Source: Caecitellus pseudoparvulus (taxonomy: Eukaryota > Protista > Bigyra: Bicosoecida). From it: 64,000 nucleotides of DNA. Below the pieces are notes generated by a model. It was given only the letters and a program-made list of their open reading frames with translations, was not told where the DNA came from and ran no database searches. The stretch is from the NCBI GenBank assembly GCA_965644315.1, contig CBFFRQ010000018.1, positions 62,001 through 126,000 on the forward strand, given 5' to 3'. Of this stretch, positions 20,284-30,200 are shown one piece after another. Position 1 is the stretch's first letter, and every line of letters starts with the position of its first letter. The translations under genes and the position numbers were made by a program.

Positions 20284-23200
20284 TCAGTGTCGGCGACGAT
20301 GCAGCCCCAGCCCGCGAGGGGTCTGCGGAGACGGCTCGTCATCCTCCTCGGCATCCTCCTCCAGCCACTCCAGCGAGTCAGCGCGCTGCACCCCCTCCAC
20401 GTCGGCCATGGAGTCGAACTCCTCCCCGTCGTCCTGCAGTGATGCCGTCTCCTCCTCCCCCATCCCGTCACTGGCCATGGACCCCACTGGCTGCACGCCA
20501 TCGGGCAGGGAGAAGGTGAACACCTGCCCTGCGCTTCGGCCGTACTCAGGGGACAGCGGCATGTTGCGCGGCAACATGCTGCCCTTGGGCGACAGCACCC
20601 CCCACGTGGGCCCTGGCCCGCCCAGCCCCGACATGACCGAGTGGCGGGCGGTGAGGGGGGCTGCCGCACCCACCTCCGCCCCAGCCCGCCCGGACCGAGC
20701 AGTGGCCATGGGCGACGGCTCTCCAGGTCCGCCAAACGCACCAGCTGCGGCGGCGTCGTCGTGGGCGGAGGAAGCCGTGCGACCCGACGGCAGCGCCTTG
20801 CCCGCCCCCACAGACCGGGTTGACGTGGGCAGCGGGGTCTTGCTGGAAATGGGGGGCAACAGCTTGGGCCGCGGCAGTGCCGGGGCACGGCTGTGCAGCC
20901 CAGGGCGTGCCTTACCCTCTGGCTCGCATGGCTCTGCGCAGTCGTCCAGGAAGTCCTCTGCCGCGGACGACGTCGCCTTGCTCTTACTGCTGCGGGCAGA
21001 GGTGGCGGCCAGCAGCAGTGCCGGCACCTGCGCTGTGGGAGTCACTCCGTCGTCCTGTGACTCCCACGCCAGCAGGTCGTCGTCTGCACCAGCCAGCCCG
21101 ATGGCCTCCTCTGACTCCCCAGTGAGCAGCTCGGGGAGGGGCGGCTGCTCAGTGCTGTGCCCGACCCCCGCTGGGACGCGGGGTGTGCGAGCAGTTCGTG
21201 GTGTGCGCGCGGTTCGTGGTGTGCGCGCGGTTCGTGGTGTGTGCGGCGCATACGTGTGCCCTGTGCCTGGCGTATCCTCCAGCAGAAAGGCATCGGAGTG
21301 GCGCGTGGCGCATGCCGAGCGCACCGCACGCCTACAGCAAGCAGAGCTGCAGAACACCAAACAGGCGACCAAGAACAGCAGCGTGGCCAGGTTCCACAAC
21401 ATGACTCCGGCTTGAAGAGCAGGGGCGGTTACAGGGGGTGGGGGGGAGCCTGCTTGCAGCGCAACCGCAGTGACTTGTGTCGCGATGAGAGACACCAAGG
21501 ACACGCCCTCTGCAACGTTCAGCATGGTGCTGTCGTAAGGGTTGAGCGCCAGCTGAGCGACAAGCGCGCCCATGAGCACCGCGATGACGCCTTGGCTCTG
21601 CAGCAAGGCATCGCCTACCAGCACACTCACCATGGCCAGCCCAGCCTTGCGCAGCAGCACCACCGCCTCCCACATCCACAAGTACTCGCCACACGTGCGC
21701 CGCATGCCGCTCTCTCGAGCCTGGGCAGCCAGCGCAATGGCCTCCTTGGCTGCATCAGGCACCAGTGTGCGCTCAGCCTGCGCCTGCACAACCACCAGGG
21801 GGTCCAGGTAAAAACTCAAGTACAGCAGCCCAAAGCGGCGGCGCATGCGCTGGGAGGCCACTTCATGCCGGTGCAACCACAGCAAGACGACAGCCGCGAT
21901 GGGCAGTCCAAGCGTGACCAGCACCAGGGCAGCTGCCGCCGCTCCAGCCACTGCAGGGTACTCGGCATCCGACGTGGCATGCTGCATGTTGCGCCGTAGA
22001 CGGTACTGCCCGAAGATGGGTTGGTCGTACACATCCAGCACCTGCAGCGCCGTGGCAGTCACAGTGGCCCACACGAGGTACATGAGGAAGATGCCAGCAC
22101 GCCAGGCGGCGGTGTGGACACTTGCCACCTCAGGGCGCACGTCTCCAGGGTGTCCCTTCTCGTCATTGCCAGGCGAGACCTCCGTCTGGCCCGCCTCCAC
22201 CTCAGCCCCCTCAAGCTCGCCAACGCCCTTGAAGGTGAACACGGTGTCGTCCATGACTCCGTCGTCCCCCCTGCCTGAGGGCGACATGACATTGGCCGCG
22301 TGCGGTGCCACACGGCTGCTGGTCTGAGACGCGTCCGACAGGTCTGAGACACTGCGCTCGATCGTGTCGTCCAGGCGAGCTGTTCCGCCGTGGTGCCTAG
22401 CTGTGGCCATGTGCCCCATGCGCAGGGAGGAGGCCGAGCCCGAGCCTGAGTCAGACCCTGGGCCGCTGTTGCCCCCTGCGTGGGGGGGGGCGCCCGGCAG
22501 CATGCGCGCCTGGCTGCCGCCTGACCCGGTAGACATCGCGCCGTCCGCCGCCAGCACAGGGCCCGGTGCATATTTCTCCTCTGACGTGCGAGTGGTGATG
22601 ATGGGGCGCGGGGGGGGCTTGCGCATGGTTCGGCGGGACCGATGCGTGCCCAGTGCAGTGGGCGCAGGCCGTGCTCTGCCTGACATGATGTCGGTCAGAG
22701 CATCCTCTGGCTCCTCGCCTGCTCCTTGCCCTTGACCTGCAAGCGCAGGCACACTGACCAGCTGAACAGGCAGGCTCGAATCACGCCCCGTGGCCATGCC
22801 CAGCAAGGGCGGGACATCCTTGCGGGCCCCGGTGGCAGCCACCCCCATGGAGCTCTGTGGAGCAGCGTCGGGGGTGGCGCCCCTGCCTGCCGCATGCATG
22901 TCAATGCTGGTGCTACTGGGCTCGGCGGGATCAGGCAGACTCAGACTGCCCTGCGTGCCGGAGCGGGAACTGCGCCCCGGAGGCCGCAACAGGTGGGCTC
23001 CAGCCTGGCTGGAGCGCGCAGTGGATCCCGACCCCGCCCTCTCGCGGACAAGGACAGCTGTGGCCTCAGCACCAGACGGTGGGGTTGGCCCGTCGGGCTG
23101 TGGCTTGCCAGTAGGCTTGGCCTGTGGGTTGCGATACTTGCATCCGTTTCCTGCCAGAACAACAAGCACACCTAGCTGGCCCAGAAGCCACGGCAAGCCC

Positions 23201-26200
23201 ACTGCCAGGACAGGCAGAAGCAGAGCCAGGTACAGTTGCATGTAGAGACCAACGCCCATCTCACTGAGCGTGCAGGCCACAGGGGTGGAAGTCAGGGGCA
23301 CGCCCGTCGCTAGTTGCCCCAAGTACGCCACGCCCTCCGCAACAGCCGTTGAGGGGGCGTAGCGCAGCGTGAACAGCAACGCCGCCGCCTGTCCCCACGA
23401 CACAATGATGCGAATGATGCCTGTGAGCATGCGTGACGCCCGCATGCCGTCGCTGTTGTGCTTGGCCAGCGCCGCTGCTGTGGAGGCTGCGATGAGCCCG
23501 CTCTCTGCCGCCGCCTCCTCTGACAATGCTCGAGTGTGAGCTGCCTTCGGGTCTGCCTGCCTCATGAGCTCAGCTGCGCGCAACTCGGCCTCAAAGACAG
23601 CAGCCTGGGCCATGATGACAGCAGTGGAGGCGGCATCCCCGGCCTCCAAGGCAGCACCCGAGGGAGCTTTCAGCGCGTACCACATGACACTGGCCAGCAC
23701 GAGCGCGGCACCCACTGCAATCATGCCAAGTGCGACGTGTGTATCCCAACAAGCTGCACAGCTGGACCTGACAGAAAACGCGTAGCCGGGCTCGCACACT
23801 GCACACAGCGGGCCAGAGTACCCCTGCGCACACTGCACGGCCACGCCTTGCCCCACAGGCATGCACGCCTCTGGAGTAAAGCAAGGCAAGACCTGGTCGC
23901 CAGCGGTCAAGTTGGCGCTCGCAAGAAAGGAGGACGTCTGTAGCAGCACAGGTGCCGTCTGAGACAGCGACCTGGCGGCTGGTGCAGCGGTACCAGCTGC
24001 AAGCTTTCCAGGAGTCGACGCTGCTGTAGTGAGGCCTGTGGCTGAAGGTCGCTCCACAATGCAGTTTTCACACCAATAGCCTTGGCGGACACGCAGGACA
24101 CCACTCGTGCACACGACCCCTGGAGATGAAGGGCAAGGCACGCATCTGTCCTGACTTGGGGTGGGGATCATGCCGTCCGGGCAAGGCGCACACGGCTCTG
24201 TGCCACTTGCTGTGCTGCGAACCTGTCCAACCCCACAAGCGAGGCACACCGACCCCCGTGGCGCGCCTTCGGTGGTGACGGCTTCATAGCCGGGTGCGCA
24301 CAGGCATGCATCTCCGTGAAAGGAAGGCACCTCGAACGGAGCAACACACTGCGCCTCCGGAATGTGCACAAAGACAGGGGACCAAGTGATGTGCTCACCA
24401 GCCAGAAACACAGACACCTGCACGGTTCCGGGCAACAAGGCCTGAAGCGAGACTTCAGCAATGCCATCTTGCAACTCCTGAACCTGTGCTTCCAGGATAG
24501 TTCGCTGCGAGCCGAGAAAGATGCCTGACGTGTTGCCAATGGCAGCAGCCCCGCCCAGTTCCGTGATCAGAACCTCGGGTGTGAAGTCAGCCTCAGACGT
24601 GATGAGGAAGCCGAAGGCATCTTTCGCATGAATCAAGAGCGACGCAGAGTCTGCCTTGGCGTTCGGAGGCAGCACAAGCATGTGGTCAGCCAAGTTCACT
24701 GTTGCGCCGACGGTCCGGTTGGGGAAGCCATCCACGCCTTCGCCGGGGATGGACGTGAACGCTTGTGCGGCAAACACCACTCGACCATCACTGAAGTCAG
24801 AAGTCGATGCACCAGATGAGTACGGCACCAAAGCAGATGACGTGTTGAAGTCGTCTGCCAGGATGGGGTCATGCTGCGCCACGTGCAAGAGCAGAGAGCT
24901 CTGCGCCGGGCTTGCTTGTCCTGACCGGACACGGAGCGAAACCTCAAACGCAAGATTCTCCAGGAAAACGCGGGAGCTCGGCTGACCAGCTACCTGTTTC
25001 CATGCTAAGAAGGGGATGGTGGCCGAGTATTCCCCCGGTGGCAGCAACTCGTCTCGAAGACTGCCCGTGAGCGCGCTGACAGAAAGCGAAACCTCAACTG
25101 GCCGCCCAGGCTGCAGCGAAGACGGAAAGGCGCCAAACTGCGCCGTCCTGCTCAGCCAGGAAGGGAAGTTGGAGTCATTCCAGTTCATGTGCCAAGAGAA
25201 CTCTTCACGTGAGTGAACTTTGAAGGAAACAAACTTCGCCGACCCCGGCAACAGCTCCACTGATGCAACCCTCGGGCACAGCGTCAGACGGGAGGCGTGC
25301 ACCTCCACAGGCACTTCAGCAACAGTCGGGACAGGGCCATGAGTGCGCAATGTGAAGTTGGCAGATTGTGTGAACGGCTGCACGTGCTGTCCGGATGCGT
25401 TTGCATGGATGTAGACAACTCGAACCTCTCCTGGACGCAATACTCCTGAGCAGTCAGCCGGGTCGACAAAGGCCCACGTCAGCGGCGAGGCACAACTCGC
25501 AAACTCCCATGGCAGAAAAACAGGGGAGGGGTTGTGCAGCCGAAAGGGGAAGGGCGCTGTGGTTCCCGGTGATAGCTCGAGTGGCAAGACAGGGGGCTCC
25601 ACCTCCACCTGCACTTCTGCAACAGCGACGTCGACCACAACCTCAGAAGGGCGCTCCAAGGGGACACTCGCAGTCCCATTCACCCAGTGTGTTGTCACGT
25701 TGTCGGCAATGAGAATACTGTGTCGGTACGTGCCCGGGGAAAGCTGCTGAGGGTCTGCCGCCAAGGTGACTTGTGTCCCGCTGCGAGAGGCGGCGAGCCA
25801 ACCTGGGAGATCATCCAGAATGCCCCAACCCCGCCCTTCCTGTGCAAGAACTTGGCTCAATCGGGCCACTATGGGTTGCGAAGCAGGAGTGTGGAGCAGC
25901 AGGTGCCCGTGCCAGTTGGGAACGGGAAACACGTTGACGCCACTGACTCCCGAGACAATGACGAGTGGCACAGGCACCTGCAGGCTGCCACCGAGGCTGT
26001 CGTGCAGAGCAACTGTCAGATTCAAGCGGTGGCCCCATGTGTGGGAGCCAGCCGCTCGGGCCACCTGCACTCGTGTCGGGGCCGTTGAAGGCCCGAGGAG
26101 GCCGGACGCGGCGACCTGCTGGCCAACTTGCAGGGTGAGCCAAGCCCAGGAGGAGGCGGCAGAAGCTGCAATAGGCTGCAACTGCGCCTCAAAGCTTTGC

Positions 26201-26604
26201 AACTCTGTGCAAGGTTGGCCTTGGCTGGTACTGCAGGCCGCAATGCCTGCGGTGACGTTTGCCAGGTTCACGCCAGCCGTGGACACCAGCATGCCGCCGG
26301 GCGGCACGACATCAGTGCCTGCCCCTGCCCCTGCCCTGACTTGAAAAGCGGCCCCGAAGTTCGTGGCAGCCACAGACACGTGGATAGAGGAGGTTCCTGC
26401 CAGCACTCGGTGTGCTGGTACGGTCGCCTTGGGCCGAGCGCACGGCTCGCCACCTTCGGAAGCAAGAGAACCGGCAAGCACACCGCCGCAGCTGAACTGG
26501 CTGAGCGCCCCAGCAGAGTCGCCAATCTGGCCAACGACGACATTATCAGCTAGGAACAGCAGAACGCTGCTTAAGAGCAGCCTCCAGGCACGAGGAATGG
26601 ACAT
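20284..26604 (-). CDS. 2,106-aa cell-surface multi-pass membrane protein: signal peptide, Ig/BACON/filamin-like beta domains, Cys-rich ephrin-receptor-like repeats, TRP-C/7TM-like module
   Basis: Signal peptide MSIPRAWRLLLSSVLLFLA; Cys-rich CLCAPGY..CLACGVG..CAPCPDG and CAQGYSGPLCAVCEPGY; TM module motifs RFGLLYLSF, WMWEAVVLLRK and LNPYDSTMLNVAE. No intron is required. Confidence 0.8.
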   Translation of the reverse strand: MSIPRAWRLLLSSVLLFLADNVVVGQIGDSAGALSQFSCGGVLAGSLASEGGEPCARPKATVPAHRVLAGTSSIHVSVAATNFGAAFQVRAGAGAGTDVVPPGGMLVSTAGVNLANVTAGIAACSTSQGQPCTELQSFEAQLQPIAASAASSWAWLTLQVGQQVAASGLLGPSTAPTRVQVARAAGSHTWGHRLNLTVALHDSLGGSLQVPVPLVIVSGVSGVNVFPVPNWHGHLLLHTPASQPIVARLSQVLAQEGRGWGILDDLPGWLAASRSGTQVTLAADPQQLSPGTYRHSILIADNVTTHWVNGTASVPLERPSEVVVDVAVAEVQVEVEPPVLPLELSPGTTAPFPFRLHNPSPVFLPWEFASCASPLTWAFVDPADCSGVLRPGEVRVVYIHANASGQHVQPFTQSANFTLRTHGPVPTVAEVPVEVHASRLTLCPRVASVELLPGSAKFVSFKVHSREEFSWHMNWNDSNFPSWLSRTAQFGAFPSSLQPGRPVEVSLSVSALTGSLRDELLPPGEYSATIPFLAWKQVAGQPSSRVFLENLAFEVSLRVRSGQASPAQSSLLLHVAQHDPILADDFNTSSALVPYSSGASTSDFSDGRVVFAAQAFTSIPGEGVDGFPNRTVGATVNLADHMLVLPPNAKADSASLLIHAKDAFGFLITSEADFTPEVLITELGGAAAIGNTSGIFLGSQRTILEAQVQELQDGIAEVSLQALLPGTVQVSVFLAGEHITWSPVFVHIPEAQCVAPFEVPSFHGDACLCAPGYEAVTTEGAPRGSVCLACGVGQVRSTASGTEPCAPCPDGMIPTPSQDRCVPCPSSPGVVCTSGVLRVRQGYWCENCIVERPSATGLTTAASTPGKLAAGTAAPAARSLSQTAPVLLQTSSFLASANLTAGDQVLPCFTPEACMPVGQGVAVQCAQGYSGPLCAVCEPGYAFSVRSSCAACWDTHVALGMIAVGAALVLASVMWYALKAPSGAALEAGDAASTAVIMAQAAVFEAELRAAELMRQADPKAAHTRALSEEAAAESGLIAASTAAALAKHNSDGMRASRMLTGIIRIIVSWGQAAALLFTLRYAPSTAVAEGVAYLGQLATGVPLTSTPVACTLSEMGVGLYMQLYLALLLPVLAVGLPWLLGQLGVLVVLAGNGCKYRNPQAKPTGKPQPDGPTPPSGAEATAVLVRERAGSGSTARSSQAGAHLLRPPGRSSRSGTQGSLSLPDPAEPSSTSIDMHAAGRGATPDAAPQSSMGVAATGARKDVPPLLGMATGRDSSLPVQLVSVPALAGQGQGAGEEPEDALTDIMSGRARPAPTALGTHRSRRTMRKPPPRPIITTRTSEEKYAPGPVLAADGAMSTGSGGSQARMLPGAPPHAGGNSGPGSDSGSGSASSLRMGHMATARHHGGTARLDDTIERSVSDLSDASQTSSRVAPHAANVMSPSGRGDDGVMDDTVFTFKGVGELEGAEVEAGQTEVSPGNDEKGHPGDVRPEVASVHTAAWRAGIFLMYLVWATVTATALQVLDVYDQPIFGQYRLRRNMQHATSDAEYPAVAGAAAAALVLVTLGLPIAAVVLLWLHRHEVASQRMRRRFGLLYLSFYLDPLVVVQAQAERTLVPDAAKEAIALAAQARESGMRRTCGEYLWMWEAVVLLRKAGLAMVSVLVGDALLQSQGVIAVLMGALVAQLALNPYDSTMLNVAEGVSLVSLIATQVTAVALQAGSPPPPVTAPALQAGVMLWNLATLLFLVACLVFCSSACCRRAVRSACATRHSDAFLLEDTPGTGHTYAPHTPRTARTPRTARTPRTARTPRVPAGVGHSTEQPPLPELLTGESEEAIGLAGADDDLLAWESQDDGVTPTAQVPALLLAATSARSSKSKATSSAAEDFLDDCAEPCEPEGKARPGLHSRAPALPRPKLLPPISSKTPLPTSTRSVGAGKALPSGRTASSAHDDAAAAGAFGGPGEPSPMATARSGRAGAEVGAAAPLTARHSVMSGLGGPGPTWGVLSPKGSMLPRNMPLSPEYGRSAGQVFTFSLPDGVQPVGSMASDGMGEEETASLQDDGEEFDSMADVEGVQRADSLEWLEEDAEEDDEPSPQTPRGLGLHRRRH
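21174..21245 (-). repeat. 18-bp coding minisatellite encoding (TPRTAR)x3-TPR
   Basis: gttcgtggtgtgcgcgcg-type unit repeated about 3-4 times on the plus strand, in the receptor's C-terminal tail. Confidence 0.8.
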
Positions 26605-27284
26605 GCTCCCGTCCTCGTTGGTGATGTAACGTGGCTACGTCGCAGCGGCCAGATGCCGGACGGCTCGATGTCTAGCGCCCCCTTGCACGCCTCAGCGGCT
26701 GGCTGCCTTCACCAACGCAGCACGATGCGTGTGGTCCCAGGTCCTTGTTCGAGTCGCCTGGAAGTAGGCCCCGCTGCCACGTGCGCAGAGGCACTGGCGT
26801 TGGCGGGGCGACAGGGCAGCTCTGGGTGTGGACGGCGAGCGCGAGCGTTCGAGTGCTAGGCACACAACACATCACATCACGCGTGGACTCTGCAGCTTGC
26901 GTGTCATGTGCACTCTGTTGGTGTTTTGATCTTGCTCACAGAGTGCGCTCGTCGGCGCTTTGCACTGTCTGTACGCGAGGAGTATTAGAGCACTTCTCCC
27001 CAGGACGCCACAGCGCGGCCTGCCCAAGTCAGCGAAAAATCAGGGCTCAGAACTTGGTGCGTATGCGCCCGAGTGCATCCCCCTGGACTGCCCAGGCGGG
27101 GGCTTCCGTCCACGTGCCTTGCCAGCAAAGCTTGCGGCTTTTGGAGTGCACGCTGTATTTCCGCGATCTTTGCAGGTTGTTCTCTCGCCGTCGAGCTCCA
27201 CGCCATGAGCACAGTGTGCGTGGCAGATGCCTTGACTCTTGTTTCTCCCCGCCAACTGCCTTCACGGCCGATCCTGTCTCTGCC

Positions 27285-30200
27285 ATGCACAGACCTGCGT
27301 CCGCTGCCCCGGCTGGCGTTGGGCCGCCGCCCAGTGCAGCGCTCGTATGCCTCATCGAGGATGCCTTCACGACCTTCCTGCGCCTCAAGCGGTGGCAGCA
27401 CCAAGGAGAAAGTGGGCTTGATACCGTTGACGGCACAGATTCGCAGCCCAGCTCCGTCATCCGCAAGGTATCGACGGAGTTCCGACAGTCCCTGAACGCA
27501 GCCGTGCAGGACATGCAAGATGACGGCACAGAGACTAGCGATGGCGGTGCTGTGGCTGGGAGCTTGCCGCTGTGGGAAGTGCTGGAGGGTGTGTCGTCCA
27601 TGTGGCACCTCAGCGAGGTCTGCCTCTTCCGCAGCAGTGGCGAGCCGCACAGCCACACAGCCCTGGTGGCCGTGCTCGAGTGGTTGCAGCAGTACTTTGC
27701 GTCAGGCACGTGCATGTCAGAAGACGAACTCAGCTTGCTGTCCAGCAGGCTCCTGTCCGACCAAGTCGCGACAGAGGTTCTGTGGAACGCTGTGGCGCGC
27801 TGCGTCCTGACAGGCCAGCCACACCTTGCTTCTCCCCTCATCTTTCAATGCTCACGGCTGAACTCAGACCCTCACGCGGTGTCCCTGGCCGAGCTGCTCG
27901 ATGAGTTCCCCAGTGTTCTCGCCGACGCCAGCGCTGCGCACAGCGCCACGGCTGGGCGCTGGCGCCAGTGGCGCGGACGTGTAGTGGGGTACCTTGCCAC
28001 GCTGCCGCAGGCGTCCGCTGGGGACTCTGACGCCCTGATCGCGACGAGGGCCATCTTGGAGACACTCGCATGCAAGCAGTCAGCATTCGAGGACCCTGCT
28101 CCCCAACAAACTCTGCCAGCTGCCAGCATTGTCACTAGCATGGCTGTGCACGGGCAGGTGCCGCCGGCAACCACCCCACCTTCGGCTCAGTTTGAGGTGG
28201 TGCCCCCTGCGTGGGATCAGTGCTTGTCCATTCGTCTACTGTACAGCCAACCTGCAGGGGACTGGTCAGCTGCCTCGGTCGTCGCAGCGCTGCTCGACGC
28301 CCTGAAGGGAGCTGGTGAGGAGTCAGAATTCGTCGCCACCCTGGCTGCTGTGGCTGCCGGGGAGCTTCAGCCGGCTGTTGCGTTTGCAGAAGCACACGGC
28401 GTTCCGCTGCTCGGCTTGTTCTGGGTGGACTTGTTGGCCACGGCCGCACGCTTTGGCCTCCTGCGGGGCCCACAGCCATCCCCCCGACTCGTCTCGCGCC
28501 TCGCCGACGACCTTGTGGCTGCCAGCCTCACGAGCCTGGCTGAGCTGGCCTGTCACCCAGCCCTCCCCGAGGCAGCCCCTGACGCTGACATCCAGCTCGC
28601 AGTCGAAGGAGATGCGGGGGAGGTGGCGGTGCAGGGCACACCACTGCCCCCCCGCCTCCTCCTGCTGGCTGTGGGCACGACAGTGGGGGCGGCAGTGCCC
28701 TCCCAGTCGCCCGCTGCAGATGCCTTGGTGCACCTGTGGACCAAGGTTGGCTGGCATGGTGAGGAGGAGGCCCATACCGTGTGGGCCTACGTGCAACACC
28801 TCGCGGCCGGGCTAGTGGCTCGCACGACTGGCAAGGCGGTGCGCGTGCCCACCACGGCGTTTGGCCTGCCGCACCAGCGAGCCCACCTCGCCCGCTTCGC
28901 CCGGGTGTGCGCGCAGTGCCTGTCTGCTCGCGCAGCTACTATTGTGTGGCTGCGCCTGGCCCAGGTGTGGTCACCCTCTGCCAGTGACCAAGCCGGGCTG
29001 TGGCTGCAGTCTCGTGAGGAGGGGCGGAGCGGCCTCCTGGCTTCTCTTCCTCCCCCCAGCAGCAGCTATGATACGAATGCCTTTGAAGAGTGGGCTGGGC
29101 AGGTCGGGCGTGGCACAGCCTTTGGAGCCTTGGCATGCCAGCGCGCTCTGGCCTGGGCACTCCGGTCCAACCACCAGGCAACGCTGGAGCGCGTGGGGTC
29201 GCACCTCTGCGACCTTGGACTGCAAGCATTGCAGGGCGTGCACATCACAGGCGCACCTGCTCTCGCCGGCGACGCTGGTGAGCTATTCACGCAGCTGGCG
29301 TTTCAGGCGGCGGGTGGGGCGTTGCCTGCCGCCAGTCCGGGGGAGGCGTACACACACCTGGCCGTGGCGCTGGGCTGCATGCCGCGCCTGGCCATTCCTT
29401 CTGCTGCTGCTCCCCACCTCCACTCTGCCGTGAACCTTCTCCGCCTGCTCTCTGCGCTGCATGATGTGCAAGGCTTCACCAGTTGCTTGCCCTTCACCCT
29501 ACAACAGACGTCAGTGTCTGGCCTGCCGCAAGACACCGACCCTGCCTTGCGGCACCTTTCACAACGAGAGGCTTCGAGCCACCTGGACCACTTGTGGAGA
29601 GCAGTGGGCACAGGCATGTGCGAAGTCCTGTGGCGGTCTGGCGGCCCCCTGCATGGGAACTTGGCGCCCGGATGTGTCACGTCGTCCACCGCAGACGCAC
29701 GCACTTCAGCTGCCGTGCTGGTCTGGGCACACGGCAGCGGCCTGCTGGCGAGTGCTGCATCGCCCTTCACAGCAGCACAGGCCACCTCCCTTGTGCGTGT
29801 GGGAGTGGCCCTGTTCTCGCCACTCCTGCAAGAGGCACCCCTCTTCGCGCCATACCAACTGTCCACGCCTGCGCTTGGGCTGCCAACCACTGCAAGCGCT
29901 GTGCAGGTGTACAGAGATGTTCTTGGGAGTGTAGCGCAAGCTGCCTCTCGCTCAGTCATGCTAGCTCCACACGAAGAGCAAGTGTCGGGCTGGGCCAGCG
30001 GTGACCGCGTCGGCGCTTCAGTGCTGAAGGCGCTCTCTGGGACCGTGTGGCGGTACACTGAGGGGGCACTGGGTGCAGGCACAGTGTCCCGTGTCGCACT
30101 GGGCGTTGCGCACATCCCAGTGCCCGGTTTGCCGCAAACAGGGGAGGGAGGCATGCCGCTACTCCCCCCACCCTCCGCCGGGCCCACCCCCTTCGCCTTC

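Noticed and set aside
26745-27284. 180-aa N-terminal extension of Nup85 from the TTG-started ORF call
   Set aside because: Non-ATG start and Cys/Arg-rich noise-like composition; the region is more likely the divergent promoter and 5' UTR. A small upstream exon cannot be excluded.
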